A stretch of DNA of 64,000 nt from the NCBI GenBank assembly GCA_035620695.1, contig DASPGI010000199.1:979-64978 (forward strand). The letters are read 5' to 3'. Position 1 is the first letter of the stretch. Every line of letters starts with the position of its first letter. Below the pieces are notes generated by a model. The model searched no databases. It was not told where the DNA came from and saw nothing but the letters and a program-made list of their open reading frames with translations. Shown here piece by piece: positions 39,087-49,134 of the stretch. Position numbers and translations under genes: made by a program. Source of the stretch: Alphaproteobacteria bacterium. GTDB lineage: Bacteria > Pseudomonadota > Alphaproteobacteria > JAREAF01.

Positions 39087-40075
39087 GCGGACCGGCATTT
39101 TCCTCCCTGCTTTCGGTCGAGAATCTAACGGTTGGATTCAAGACCGAAAGCAGCGGCGACGTTCTCGTGGTTGAAGGTGTGTCCTTCAGCGTTGCGGCGG
39201 GGGAGATGGTCGGGCTTGTCGGCGAGTCAGGCTGCGGCAAGAGTGTCACCGCGATGTCGATCCTCAAGCTCCTGCCGATGCCGCCGGCCTTCATCGCCGG
39301 CGGGCGGGTGCTGTTCGAGGGCAACGACATGGTCGGTTTTGAGGAAGAGGCGATGCGCCGGGTGCGCGGTGACCGCATCGCCATGATCTTTCAGGAGCCG
39401 ATGACCAGCCTCAATCCCACCTTCACTATCGGCTATCAGTTGGACGAGGTCTTGACCGAACATCGCCCGGTCTCCTCCCGCGTGGCGCGTACCCATTCAA
39501 TCGAGTTGTTGCGGAAGGTCGGCGTCGGCGCGGCGGAAACACGTTGCTCCCAATATCCGCACCAGCTTTCGGGAGGCTTGCGCCAGCGCGTCATGATTGC
39601 GATGGCGTTGGCCTGCGAGCCGAGGCTCCTGATCGCCGATGAGCCGACCACCGCGCTCGACGTGACAATCCAGGCCCAGATTCTCGATCTGCTGAAGCGG
39701 CTGCAGGCAGAGTTTGGCATGGCGGTGCTCCTGATCACCCACGATCTCGGGGTGGTCGCCGAGTGCTGCAGCCGCGTCATGGTCATGTATGCCGGCCGCG
39801 TTGTGGAGACCGGACCCGCGCGCCGCCTGTTCCGTACTCCCAGGCACCCCTACACGGCTGGGCTGCTGGCATCGATGCCGCGCCTGTCCAAAGGCAAGGA
39901 CCGGCTGGCGACAATTTCCGGCATGGTGCCATCGCCGAGCGCGCGCGGACGGGGCTGCGCCTTCGCCGACCGCTGCCCACGCGTCTTACCGCGCTGCCGC
40001 GAAGAGATGCCTTCCTTGTCTCCGACGGAAAGCGCCGATCAGTGCGCAGCCTGCTGGAATCCGGTGCCGTCGTGA
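39083..40075 (+). CDS. ABC transporter ATP-binding protein (DppD/OppD-like)
   Basis: GTG start overlapping the formamidase stop (GTGA). Walker A 'GESGCGKS', signature 'LSGGLRQR', and the C-terminal oligopeptide-transporter extension. Confidence 0.75.
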   Translation: MSGPAFSSLLSVENLTVGFKTESSGDVLVVEGVSFSVAAGEMVGLVGESGCGKSVTAMSILKLLPMPPAFIAGGRVLFEGNDMVGFEEEAMRRVRGDRIAMIFQEPMTSLNPTFTIGYQLDEVLTEHRPVSSRVARTHSIELLRKVGVGAAETRCSQYPHQLSGGLRQRVMIAMALACEPRLLIADEPTTALDVTIQAQILDLLKRLQAEFGMAVLLITHDLGVVAECCSRVMVMYAGRVVETGPARRLFRTPRHPYTAGLLASMPRLSKGKDRLATISGMVPSPSARGRGCAFADRCPRVLPRCREEMPSLSPTESADQCAACWNPVPS

Positions 40076-41028
40076 ATGCGCTTCTCGAGCTCGAGGAAGT
40101 CGTGAAGCACTTCCCTGTCAAGGGCAAGGGGACGGTCGTGCATGCCGTCAATGGCGTCACGCTTACGCTCCATCACGGCGAGACGCTCGGCATCGTCGGC
40201 GAATCCGGCTGCGGCAAGTCGACGCTCGGGCGGCTGGCCTTGCGCTTGATCGAAGCGGATCGGGGGGCAATCCGCTTCGAGGGCGAAGATGTGCGCGCCC
40301 TTTCGGGCGCCGCGCTCCGTGCCAAGCGGCGCGAGATGCAGATGGTGTTTCAAGATCCCTACGCATCGCTCGATCCGCGTCAACAGATCGCCGACATTCT
40401 GGCCGAGCCGCTGAAGATCCACGCCATAGGCAGCAGCGCCGAGCGTCGGGCGCAGGTCCGCGACCTGCTCGACAAAGTCGGCCTCCCCTCCGACGCCGCG
40501 CATCGCTATCCGCATGAATTCTCAGGTGGTCAACGCCAGCGCATCGGCATTGCGCGTGCCATCGCGCTCGAACCCAAGCTGATCGTCGCCGACGAGCCGG
40601 TATCCGCGCTCGACGTATCGATCCGGTCGCAGATTCTCAATCTCCTGGTCGATCTGAAGCGTGCCTTGAATCTCTCCTATATCTTCATTTCGCACGATCT
40701 TGCGGTAGTCGAGTATATCTCCGACCGCGTCGTGGTGATGTATCTGGGGCACATCGTCGAGATGGGGACCGCGACCGATCTCTACGCCTCGCCCGCACAT
40801 CCCTACACGCAAGCGCTGATCTCCGCGATTCCAGAGCCCGACCCGGATCGACCGCGCCGGCGCATCGTGCTCGGCGGCGACGTTCCCAATCCCGAATTCC
40901 CGCCTCCCGGCTGTCCATTCCATCCGCGCTGTCCGAAGGCGATGCCGGTCTGCTCAGCCGACATGCCGCCCGTCAAGGCTTTGGGCGGCGGGCAGCCTCC
41001 TCACCTTGTGCGCTGCCACCTATATTAG
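40072..41028 (+). CDS. ABC transporter ATP-binding protein (DppF/OppF-like)
   Basis: GTG start overlapping the previous stop. Walker A 'GESGCGKST', signature 'FSGGQRQR'. Confidence 0.75.
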   Translation: MNALLELEEVVKHFPVKGKGTVVHAVNGVTLTLHHGETLGIVGESGCGKSTLGRLALRLIEADRGAIRFEGEDVRALSGAALRAKRREMQMVFQDPYASLDPRQQIADILAEPLKIHAIGSSAERRAQVRDLLDKVGLPSDAAHRYPHEFSGGQRQRIGIARAIALEPKLIVADEPVSALDVSIRSQILNLLVDLKRALNLSYIFISHDLAVVEYISDRVVVMYLGHIVEMGTATDLYASPAHPYTQALISAIPEPDPDRPRRRIVLGGDVPNPEFPPPGCPFHPRCPKAMPVCSADMPPVKALGGGQPPHLVRCHLY

Positions 41029-41236
41029 GGTGTACAAGGCTGAGGACGTATGGTTTGGCGATGGCGTGTTCTCAGGCGCGCTCGGCGTTGGCGGGGGCGC
41101 CAGGTAGCATCACGGCCCAGCCCGCTGATCGACAGCGAAACTCAAGGGATCGTGAACTCCCGTTGCTAGGAATGGGGGGTAGAATGCAAGATTCGGCATT
41201 CAATGACAGCGCATGCCGCAAGACAGGAGAAATCCC

Positions 41237-41722
41237 ATGGTGACGCGTCGTAATGGTTTGATGCTGATCTCGGCTGCGTTGCTTCTAGGCGCGGCGGGCA
41301 CCGCGCGGACAGTCTCGGCGCAAGCCTCCTCTCAAACGGATGAGTCGCGATTGGCGCTGAAAGGCTACGATCCCGTCGCTTATTTCACCGAGGGACGGCC
41401 GACACCGGGTAACCCGAAATTCGAATCCATCTGGGACGAGGCGCGTTATCGCTTCGCCTCCGACGAGCACATGGCGATGTTCCGCGCCGATCCGGAACAT
41501 TATGTCCCGCAATACGAGGGTCACTGCGCCGGCGCACTCGCTTTGGGCCTGAAAATAGAAGCAAACCCGGAGAGCTGGCTCATAAAGGACGGTCGTCTTT
41601 TTGTTTTTGCATTTGATCAGCCGCCGGCTGTGTTCACAAGTGATGAGATAGCGGCCGCCGACAAGAACTGGAAGCTGCTCAAAGATGCGCCCATCGACAC
41701 CGATCTCCGGTTTCAACAATGA
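41237..41722 (+). CDS. YHS-domain periplasmic protein
   Basis: Signal peptide (MVTRRNGLMLISAALLLGAAGTA). YHS motif '…GYDPVAYF…YEGHCAGALALG…'. Confidence 0.5.
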   Translation: MVTRRNGLMLISAALLLGAAGTARTVSAQASSQTDESRLALKGYDPVAYFTEGRPTPGNPKFESIWDEARYRFASDEHMAMFRADPEHYVPQYEGHCAGALALGLKIEANPESWLIKDGRLFVFAFDQPPAVFTSDEIAAADKNWKLLKDAPIDTDLRFQQ

Positions 41723-41750
41723 AGCAGGCCGGCTCGGGCTGACAATAGAC

Positions 41751-43616
41751 TCAAATCAGGCTGGCTTTCCGCAGGCCTTCTATCAAATAGTCTTGATCCG
41801 CTTGATTGTGAAAGCGAGATCCGAAGCTCACCGGATCGATCACAGGCAGCCGACGCTTGACCAACGCAGCCGCTCGTGCGGCATCTGCGTCGCGTCCAAG
41901 CTGGGCATAAGCTGCGGCCAACACCAATTGAACATAGACGTAGTCCGGGTGACGTAGCGCTTCACGCTGGAGAAACCGCACGGCATCTTCGTGGCGGCGT
42001 GCGGAGTAATAAGCCAGGCCGAGAATGAAGGAGTCGCCGGGATGGTTCGAGTTCGGATCGAGATCGAACGCCGATTCCAACGCTGCGACTGCTTCTTCGA
42101 CCCGACCCTCCCACAGCAGGATGCCGCCCCGTTGAGCGTGAGCGGCAGCGTTGCTTGGATTGAGTTCAAGCGCGTGATCGATTTCCACCAACGCCTGATC
42201 GTTCCGCAGTTGGTTACTGTGCACCTCGCTCAAGATGACATGCGCATCAACATTGAGCGGATTGCGTGCGAGCGCGTCTCTCGCATATTGCTCGGCACGC
42301 AGTAACATGTCCTGTGGGAACTCCGTCCAACCATGACCTACCACATCCAAATAAGCGAGACCGAGTCCGGCAAATGCTGCCGCGTAGTCGGCGTCGAGGC
42401 GGAGTGCCTGTTCGAACAACTGACGTGCCTCGCGATTGGTAGACCGTGTGACTTGCAACAACATGGCGCGCCCGCGGAGCACCAGCTCATAAGCTTGGAG
42501 ACTATCAGTTTGTTTGGCAACTGCGCGCTCCCGCTCGACGCGATGGAGGCTGGAGGCGAGCGTTCCAGCGACACGCTGCGTGATCGCGTCCTGCTGGGCG
42601 AAAACGTCCTGAAACTGCTCGTCGAATGCCTGTGACCAGAGGACTTTGTTGTCGATGGCATCAAAGAGACTGGCCGAGACACGTAAATCATCACCGGCGC
42701 GCCTGACGCTGCCCTCGACCAGATAGCGAACTCCAAGCTCGTGAGCCACATCGACTGGCCGCAACGCCTTGCCTTTGTACGGACGCGTAGCGTTGAAGGC
42801 CATCACCTTCAGCTCCGAGAAACGACCGAGCGCGCTGATGATGTCCTCGGTTATGCCGTCGCTGATATAGTCGTTCTGGGGATCGCCGCTTAGATTGCGC
42901 AGTGGCAAGACCGCCAAGGTCGGCGTGCCGTCCGAGAATGCAGCCGATGGGGCAGTCGGCGAGGTAAATCTTTCCCACAACCCATATGTTCCAGCCGCGG
43001 CAAGCACCGAGACAACGAGGAGGCCAATGATGAATGATGAGCGCAGGCGGCGGCGCAAATTTGTCCAGACGGTGGATGCCGCGTTTGCGCCCGCTGCTAG
43101 ACGATAGACGCGTACCGGCCGACCGATATTCTTGAGCGTCTTCTCGCCCAGATCGGTCCAGCCTAATCCGATATGCCCCCGTAGCTGGTCAACGACCGCG
43201 GCCGAGGCATAGATGCTCCCGCGCTCGGCGAGAGCCTGAAGGCGCGCCGCGGTGTTCACGGCGTCGCCAAAGATGTCGCCCTCACGCACCATCACGTCGC
43301 CGAGAGTAATCCCGATCCGCAACCATTGCTGCTTCGATTCTGGAAGATCGCAATTTGTTGATTTCATGCCCTCCTGAATCTCGAAAGCTGATCGCACCGC
43401 AGCCACTGGACTGGCGAATTCTGCGAGGAATCCGTCCCCCGTCGTCTTCACGATTCGTCCGTGGTGACGGGCGATGGCGGGCTCGATCCGCTCCGTCATG
43501 TTCGCCTTGAGAGCGGCAACAGTGCCTTCCTCATCCTCGCCGATCATCCGGCTGTAGCCGGCAATATCGGCGCAGAGGATGGCGAGAAGCTTGCGATCGG
43601 TATCGACATCGGGCAT
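41751..43616 (-). CDS. Class III adenylate/guanylate cyclase with TM segment, TolB-N-like linker and C-terminal TPR repeats
   Basis: CHD motifs (…ILCADIAGYSRM…VKTTGDGFLAEF…GDAVNTAARLQ…), a TM helix, then multiple TPR repeats. Confidence 0.75.
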   Translation of the reverse strand: MPDVDTDRKLLAILCADIAGYSRMIGEDEEGTVAALKANMTERIEPAIARHHGRIVKTTGDGFLAEFASPVAAVRSAFEIQEGMKSTNCDLPESKQQWLRIGITLGDVMVREGDIFGDAVNTAARLQALAERGSIYASAAVVDQLRGHIGLGWTDLGEKTLKNIGRPVRVYRLAAGANAASTVWTNLRRRLRSSFIIGLLVVSVLAAAGTYGLWERFTSPTAPSAAFSDGTPTLAVLPLRNLSGDPQNDYISDGITEDIISALGRFSELKVMAFNATRPYKGKALRPVDVAHELGVRYLVEGSVRRAGDDLRVSASLFDAIDNKVLWSQAFDEQFQDVFAQQDAITQRVAGTLASSLHRVERERAVAKQTDSLQAYELVLRGRAMLLQVTRSTNREARQLFEQALRLDADYAAAFAGLGLAYLDVVGHGWTEFPQDMLLRAEQYARDALARNPLNVDAHVILSEVHSNQLRNDQALVEIDHALELNPSNAAAHAQRGGILLWEGRVEEAVAALESAFDLDPNSNHPGDSFILGLAYYSARRHEDAVRFLQREALRHPDYVYVQLVLAAAYAQLGRDADAARAAALVKRRLPVIDPVSFGSRFHNQADQDYLIEGLRKASLI

Positions 43617-43944
43617 CGAAGCCCGCCCTCCCGGTGCAAAAGCCGTTCAACACTGGCTGCTGGAGCGCAAAAATTCTACATCGGCAGCAGCATCGCTGAC
43701 CATGGTCGTTGCGCAGTGCGCAATTCTCCCAAGAGTGTCGCTTCCGCGAATGGCGACGGCGAGTTAGGATCGATGCTCGCCACGTGCGAGTGAGCCTGTT
43801 GGGCGGCGGTGCACGAGTTCGATCGAAAGCGCCGACGGATCCTTCTTGGTATCGACGTGCCCAAACGCGCTTGCGGATGTAATGCCGGTTCGTGGATCTT
43901 CAGCAGGCGAGCTACTTGGAAAATATGTGTTTTATGGATTTTCA

Positions 43945-44439
43945 ATGATCACTATCCGCCCCGCTCGCCCGGAAGACGCCGATACCGTGATCGCGCTCGC
44001 CAATGGTCTCAACCAGTATGAGGGCAAGCCTGACACGCCGTTAACGGCTGACCAATTCCGAGAAAGCGCATTCGGCGCCGCTCCCTGGTTCGAATGCCTT
44101 ATCGCCGAGTGCCGAGACAGGGCGGTCGGGTATGCCGCCTATTCGCGCGACTTCGACCTCGAATCGGGCCAACGAGGGCTGCATCTCATCGATCTTTTCG
44201 TCGCCGCCGAGGTACGGCGCCGAGGTGTTGGCCGCGCGCTACTGGCCAGACTTACCACGACTGCGCTCAGCATGGGCTGTGCGTATATCGAGTGGCAGGC
44301 AATGAACTGGAATGCGGAGGCCCAAGCCTTCTACCGCGCTGTCGGGGGTGTAGAGGAAGGGGTACAGACCTATTCGATGGGGTTGGCGGAGCTTGAGGCG
44401 CTGTGCCGGCCACGTTCAGACGCCGCCGAAATCTTGTGA
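43945..44439 (+). CDS. GNAT family N-acetyltransferase
   Basis: MITIRPARPEDADTV… plus acetyl-CoA motif '…VAAEVRRRGVGRALLARL…'. Confidence 0.6.
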   Translation: MITIRPARPEDADTVIALANGLNQYEGKPDTPLTADQFRESAFGAAPWFECLIAECRDRAVGYAAYSRDFDLESGQRGLHLIDLFVAAEVRRRGVGRALLARLTTTALSMGCAYIEWQAMNWNAEAQAFYRAVGGVEEGVQTYSMGLAELEALCRPRSDAAEIL

Positions 44440-44508
44440 CTGGGCTGATCAAGCCCCGGCGTCGAATGAGATCCTCTGCCATTTCGAACGCTGCAAATCA
44501 CGGGCAGC

Positions 44509-44736
44509 TCAGAGGGAACAAATATTGCGTCGTGGTCCACCTCCCTTTCCCTCGCACCGCGACGCATGCGCTTCTTGCCAGCCATGGTGTAGTGATGCGC
44601 CCCATTGATCGGTGAAATTTCGCAGCAGGTTTTGCATTCCCTGGAGCACACCGGGCTCAAGCCCATCCACGTCAAGCTTCACGAGAGTCGGGGGCCGAAT
44701 CGGACGCTGCTCCACGAGACAATCGACCGTTGTCAC
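44509..44736 (-). pseudogene. Fragment resembling the C-terminus of an FkbM-family methyltransferase
   Basis: '…LVKLDVDGLEPGVLQGMQNLL…' matches the FkbM 'ikiDvEGaEleVL' block. No N-terminal SAM-binding part is present. Confidence 0.25.
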
Positions 44737-44912
44737 AGATTTTCATTCCCGTGCCACTGGCTCGAACGGACGTCCGTCCTCACCCGTTAACCCGCCGAGT
44801 TGGCTGAACCTAATTCCCAGTCACGGTAGTTGAACGCGTCGGAGCCGACCTTCGGGCGCATGGCCAGCGTCAAAACCGATACTCGGTCGCTGAAGCCATA
44901 TGCACGCGTTTG

Positions 44913-46073
44913 CTAATATCTCAGAATCGCGGCCGCCTGGGCGCCGAGGGGCAGGTCCTCGCGCGAGAGTGTGAACACCGCGCCGCCATTGCGCATCGTG
45001 TCTACCGCCGCTTGGTCCAGCAGATCGATATCTCCCCCATCTGGTGCCGCGTGCACGGTGACCTGGCCGTCCACATCGTCAAAGCGACCCCAGACTTCGC
45101 CCGTCTCGGGCAAAAAGAGCGTATCAATTCTCGCATAGTGGGCCGCTCTGACGATCTCGGGCACCGCAGCGAGGGCGCGTGCATCTTCTTTGCCGTGAAG
45201 CGCGCGCAGATGATCCACCGCCGCCTGTTTGGCCCGGCCGAACAGTGGCTGGACCTGCGGCAATATGCGCTCATGCAATGCTGCCGCATCGAATGCCTCG
45301 GCGTTGACTGCGACCACTTCGTCATGAAGGTTCGACAGTTTGGACATGCGATGAAAGTGGCCGCTGACCTGCGGGTCCCCGGCGATCACGATAGGCTCGC
45401 TCCGCCCGGACAGGTGAAGTAGAAGCGCCGCATCGAGTCGGCGCAAATACTCGATCAGCTCGACCTTTCGCAATTCATCGGGCGATTGACCGAAGCCATG
45501 CTTGCCGTGTAGCGCGCCGTGCCCTGCGGCGGGCGTTGCGGGAGCAGCATTGCTCATCTGCTGGTAGTCGGTCTCGGCCACCACTTCCTTGACGCCCTGC
45601 GGCAGGTCAAGCTTGCGGCGCTCGACGAGGCCCTGGCGATCACCGGCAAAGACGCGCGCGCCCGCAAGACTGATGGCAACCACGGTAAATCGCTCGCCCC
45701 CATCGAGGAGCGACAGAAGCGGGCGGATGCGAAAGCTCGAGCCGACGGTCAGCCGCTCCTCCGGTTGATATGGCAGATCGATGGCGCGCATGAATCCCTT
45801 GGCCAGATAAAGTGCCAGCCCTGCGCCGCGCTGCTGCCAGAACTCCGCGCTATCGATCAGTTCGAGCGCCTGAGCAAGCAGCGAATCCGCCTCCGTCCGG
45901 CGCATGCCACGTCTCGTGAGTCGGTTCTCCGCCTCGTCCAACAGATTCTTCAGCCGGATCGGATCCTGGCGAATTTCCGCTCCAGGGCGATGGGTCGGCA
46001 TAAGAATTGAGATACTGAAATCTCTTGCCGCTCCGGCGATTTCCAGAAGCTCCTTCTTGCGTAGCGTCGCCAT
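44913..46073 (-). CDS. Hypothetical protein, possibly eRF1-like (baeRF-type) domain
   Basis: 386-aa ORF with no confident family. The weak resemblance to release-factor-like/Vms1-type proteins is impression only. Confidence 0.4.
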   Translation of the reverse strand: MATLRKKELLEIAGAARDFSISILMPTHRPGAEIRQDPIRLKNLLDEAENRLTRRGMRRTEADSLLAQALELIDSAEFWQQRGAGLALYLAKGFMRAIDLPYQPEERLTVGSSFRIRPLLSLLDGGERFTVVAISLAGARVFAGDRQGLVERRKLDLPQGVKEVVAETDYQQMSNAAPATPAAGHGALHGKHGFGQSPDELRKVELIEYLRRLDAALLLHLSGRSEPIVIAGDPQVSGHFHRMSKLSNLHDEVVAVNAEAFDAAALHERILPQVQPLFGRAKQAAVDHLRALHGKEDARALAAVPEIVRAAHYARIDTLFLPETGEVWGRFDDVDGQVTVHAAPDGGDIDLLDQAAVDTMRNGGAVFTLSREDLPLGAQAAAILRY

Positions 46074-46107
46074 GCTCGGCCCCCTTCCGGTGATCGGCTG
46101 CATGGGG

Positions 46108-46512
46108 TTAACCCAAGCCCTGCTGTCTAGGTTGCGTGGCTGCCGGCGGAGCGGCGATCTCGATGCGGTTGCCTCCGGGATCCTCGATAAAGAAACGCCG
46201 TACGCCTGGGATCGGCCGGAGGTCGGGCAGGATGGCTATGCCGGCGGTCCGCAGGCGCTCTTCCGCCACGGCAAGATCCATTACCTGATAACAGACATGG
46301 CGGCGGCTGCGATTGGCCTCTGGCAAGGCCCTATCCTCCACGGCCAAGTGCAACTGCGCCGGCCCGATCTGATACCAAGCTCCTTCGGTTGGATCGCCAG
46401 GCCGGTGCGCCGGCTCCAGACCAAGTATCTCGCCGTAAAACCGCTTGGCCGCAGGCAGCAGACTTCCGGAGACGGTCACCTGTACATGGTCGATGGAACA
46501 TATACCGATCAT
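46108..46512 (-). CDS. VOC family protein (glyoxalase/bleomycin-resistance/dioxygenase fold)
   Basis: 'IDHVQVTV…LGLEP…FFIEDPGGNRIEI' is the VOC signature. Confidence 0.6.
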   Translation of the reverse strand: MIGICSIDHVQVTVSGSLLPAAKRFYGEILGLEPAHRPGDPTEGAWYQIGPAQLHLAVEDRALPEANRSRRHVCYQVMDLAVAEERLRTAGIAILPDLRPIPGVRRFFIEDPGGNRIEIAAPPAATQPRQQGLG

Positions 46513-46994
46513 ATGCGCATCTCACCATCAATAGGCAGCAGCCGTGCAAAGTCGCGCCAATCCTCATTCGACGCCATGCAACGTCGGCCCGACGCTTCCT
46601 CGCGCAAGACAAGACCGCCGAATTCCCAGAGCTTGCCCCAGGCAGCCGGATCGTCCAGCCGCAAGTCCACCCGATTCATGAGGCGGCGCCGAATTGCTCG
46701 ACGGCCGAAGGTGAAATAGATCGCGACGGAGAGCGGAGCCGCCGCCGCAGCCCAGCGCCAATCCGCCGCCCACCACAGCCCGCCGAGAAACACCGCCATG
46801 GCGAGCAGCCACTGATTGCCGTCCGCCTGGCTCAATACCGGGCTGTGAATGTGCTGCAGCCGTTTCATGTCGGCTTCAATCGAGACCACTCCGCTACGAC
46901 AGGCCCGTGCCAGCCGCTTCAACAACGCGCGGTCGTCACCCAGGATCGCCTGCGTCTGCTCCGCCGGGCCGGGCGAGAGAAGCTCGGTATTCAT
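46509..46994 (-). CDS. Hypothetical membrane protein
   Basis: 161-aa ORF with two predicted TM helices (…WLLAMAVFLGGLWWAADWRWAAAAAPLSVAIYFTFG…). Stop/start overlaps with both flanking genes. Confidence 0.35.
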   Translation of the reverse strand: MNTELLSPGPAEQTQAILGDDRALLKRLARACRSGVVSIEADMKRLQHIHSPVLSQADGNQWLLAMAVFLGGLWWAADWRWAAAAAPLSVAIYFTFGRRAIRRRLMNRVDLRLDDPAAWGKLWEFGGLVLREEASGRRCMASNEDWRDFARLLPIDGEMRI

Positions 46995-47992
46995 GGAACG
47001 GTGAAGCCGTGGCGGAAAGGATCACGCTCGTCGATAAAGATGGTGTTGAAGCCGGTGATCCGCGCCCAGCCGCGGATGGAGGGAACGATGGCCTCCTTGT
47101 TTCCGACCCGTGCATCGGCCTCGATGCGGCCATGGAAGAGGCTGCCGATGATGCTCTCATGCACGAAGGAATCGCCGGACTTTAAACGCCCCTTGGCCGC
47201 GAGCTGGGCCATGCGCGCCGATGTCCCGGTGCCGCAGGGCGAACGGTCGATCGCCTTTTCACCGTAGAAGACAGCGTTGCGCGCATGCGCTTCGGGGTGG
47301 GTCGGACGTCCGGTCCAAAGGATGTGGGTAAGCCCTCGGATGCTCGGATCCTCAGGGTGGACGCACTCGATCGCCTCGTTGAGCTGCTGGCGCAGCACCG
47401 GCGACCAGCGGATCAGATCGAGCGAGGAATACTCGGCCATGTCGTGGTAGTTCGGCTGTGGCTCGACGATGGCGTAGAAATTTCCACCGTAGGCGATATC
47501 GACCTTCAGCCGGCCGAGATCGGGGCATTCGACTTCGATCCCGCTCGAATGGAGGAAGGCGGGAACGTTGGTGATCTTGACCCATTCGACATGGCCCCCC
47601 TCCGCCAGATACTCGGCAACGACCACACCGGCCGGTGTGTCCAGAACGAGTCTCCCGGGCGTCGCCGGCCGGACCAGTCCGCGCTCGATCGCCACGGTGA
47701 CCGTGCCGATCGTGCCGTGACCGCACATCGGCAGGCATCCGCTTGTCTCGATGAACAGCACCGAAACGTCGCAGTCCGGTCGCGTCGGAGGATAGAGAAT
47801 CGATCCGGACATCATATCGTGGCCTCGCGGCTCGAACATCAGTCCGCGGCGAATCCAGTCATGCTCGGCGAGAAAATTCTGTCGGCGCTCGCTCGCGCTC
47901 TTCCCCTTGAGCAGCGGCCCCCCGCCCGTGACCACTCGGACGGGATTACCGCAAGCATGGGCATCAATGCAGAAAAAGGTATGTGTAGTCAT
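46991..47992 (-). CDS. Proline racemase family protein (4-hydroxyproline epimerase / hydroxyproline dehydratase-like)
   Basis: '…FFCIDAHACGNPVRVV…' and the second catalytic block '…SPCGTGTSARMA…'. Confidence 0.75.
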   Translation of the reverse strand: MTTHTFFCIDAHACGNPVRVVTGGGPLLKGKSASERRQNFLAEHDWIRRGLMFEPRGHDMMSGSILYPPTRPDCDVSVLFIETSGCLPMCGHGTIGTVTVAIERGLVRPATPGRLVLDTPAGVVVAEYLAEGGHVEWVKITNVPAFLHSSGIEVECPDLGRLKVDIAYGGNFYAIVEPQPNYHDMAEYSSLDLIRWSPVLRQQLNEAIECVHPEDPSIRGLTHILWTGRPTHPEAHARNAVFYGEKAIDRSPCGTGTSARMAQLAAKGRLKSGDSFVHESIIGSLFHGRIEADARVGNKEAIVPSIRGWARITGFNTIFIDERDPFRHGFTVP

Positions 47993-48141
47993 GGCGACTG
48001 CGATCCGTTGCCTGTCCGTGTGGTTGTAGTCGGCGGTGGCGCAGGCGGTCAAGAAAGCGGCGGCGGCGGCATTGACCCGCTGTCGCCCCCAATGCCACCG
48101 TTCCGGCCCCGGCCCGGTGTAGAGTAGCGTGGGCGGGTGGA

Positions 48142-49059
48142 TTGGTGCAGGAGTTGAATATGGTCGATTGGAAGGGCGTATTCCCGGCGCTTACAACCCA
48201 GTTTCGGGCGGACCAAAGCCTGGATATCGAGGCGACCATGGCGCATGTCGAGCGCATGATTGCCGCCGGCTGCCACGGGCTGATCGTCCTGGGAACGGTC
48301 GGCGAGAATGTGCAACTCGAGCCGGAGGAAAAGCGCGCCGTCGTGTCGGCGACCGTAAAGGCGGCCGCGGGGCGCGTGCCGGTGCTGAGCGGCGTCGCTG
48401 AAACCTCCACCGCTCTGGCCTGTCGCTATGCCGCCGACTGCCGCAAGCTGGATCTGGACGGGCTGATGGTCCTGCCCGCGATGGTTTACAAGTCCGACCC
48501 GCGTGAGACCATCGCGCATTTCCGTGCGGTTGCGCGTGCCGGCGAACTGCCGGTGATGATTTACAACAATCCGGTGTCCTATGGAGTCGACATCACGCCG
48601 CCGATGTTGGCCGAGCTCTCCGACGAGCCGATGCTGGTCGCGCTCAAGGAATCCTCGGACGATGTCCGGCGCGTGACCGATGTGATCAATGCGGTTGGAG
48701 ACCGCTTCACCCTGTTCTGTGGCGTCGACGATCTCTATCTCGAGAGCGCGCTGCTCGGCGTCTCCGGCTGGGTCGCCGGGCTGGTCAACGCGTTTCCCGA
48801 GGAAACTGTAAGGCTGTACGAGCTCGCGCAAGCCAAACGCTGGGAAGAGGCGCGCGCTCTCTATCGCTGGTTCATGCCTCTCCTCCACCTCGATACCTCG
48901 GTGAAGCTCGTGCAATACATCAAGCTTGCCCAGGCCATGGCCGGGCTCGGCACTGAGATGGTGCGTCAGCCGCGCCTGCCACTCTCGGGCGGCGAGCGCG
49001 AGGAGGTCTCACAGATCGTTCGACACGCGATCGAGAGCCGTCCAAAGCTGGGTCGCTGA
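48142..49059 (+). CDS. Dihydrodipicolinate synthase (DapA/NAL) family lyase
   Basis: DapA-family TIM-barrel sequence (…GLIVLGTVGEN…MIYNNP…). Divergent from the proline-racemase gene. Confidence 0.7.
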   Translation: MVQELNMVDWKGVFPALTTQFRADQSLDIEATMAHVERMIAAGCHGLIVLGTVGENVQLEPEEKRAVVSATVKAAAGRVPVLSGVAETSTALACRYAADCRKLDLDGLMVLPAMVYKSDPRETIAHFRAVARAGELPVMIYNNPVSYGVDITPPMLAELSDEPMLVALKESSDDVRRVTDVINAVGDRFTLFCGVDDLYLESALLGVSGWVAGLVNAFPEETVRLYELAQAKRWEEARALYRWFMPLLHLDTSVKLVQYIKLAQAMAGLGTEMVRQPRLPLSGGEREEVSQIVRHAIESRPKLGR

Positions 49060-49134
49060 TCTGCGACGCTACGAGGCGGCGTGTCAACGATGCGACCGGA
49101 CACCCAACGCGTGTGAGGCAACCCTGCCCAAACC

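Noticed and set aside
38040-39098. 352-aa minus-strand ORF antisense to the formamidase gene
   Set aside because: The FmdA/AmdA signature blocks are in the plus-strand frame; the antisense translation has none.
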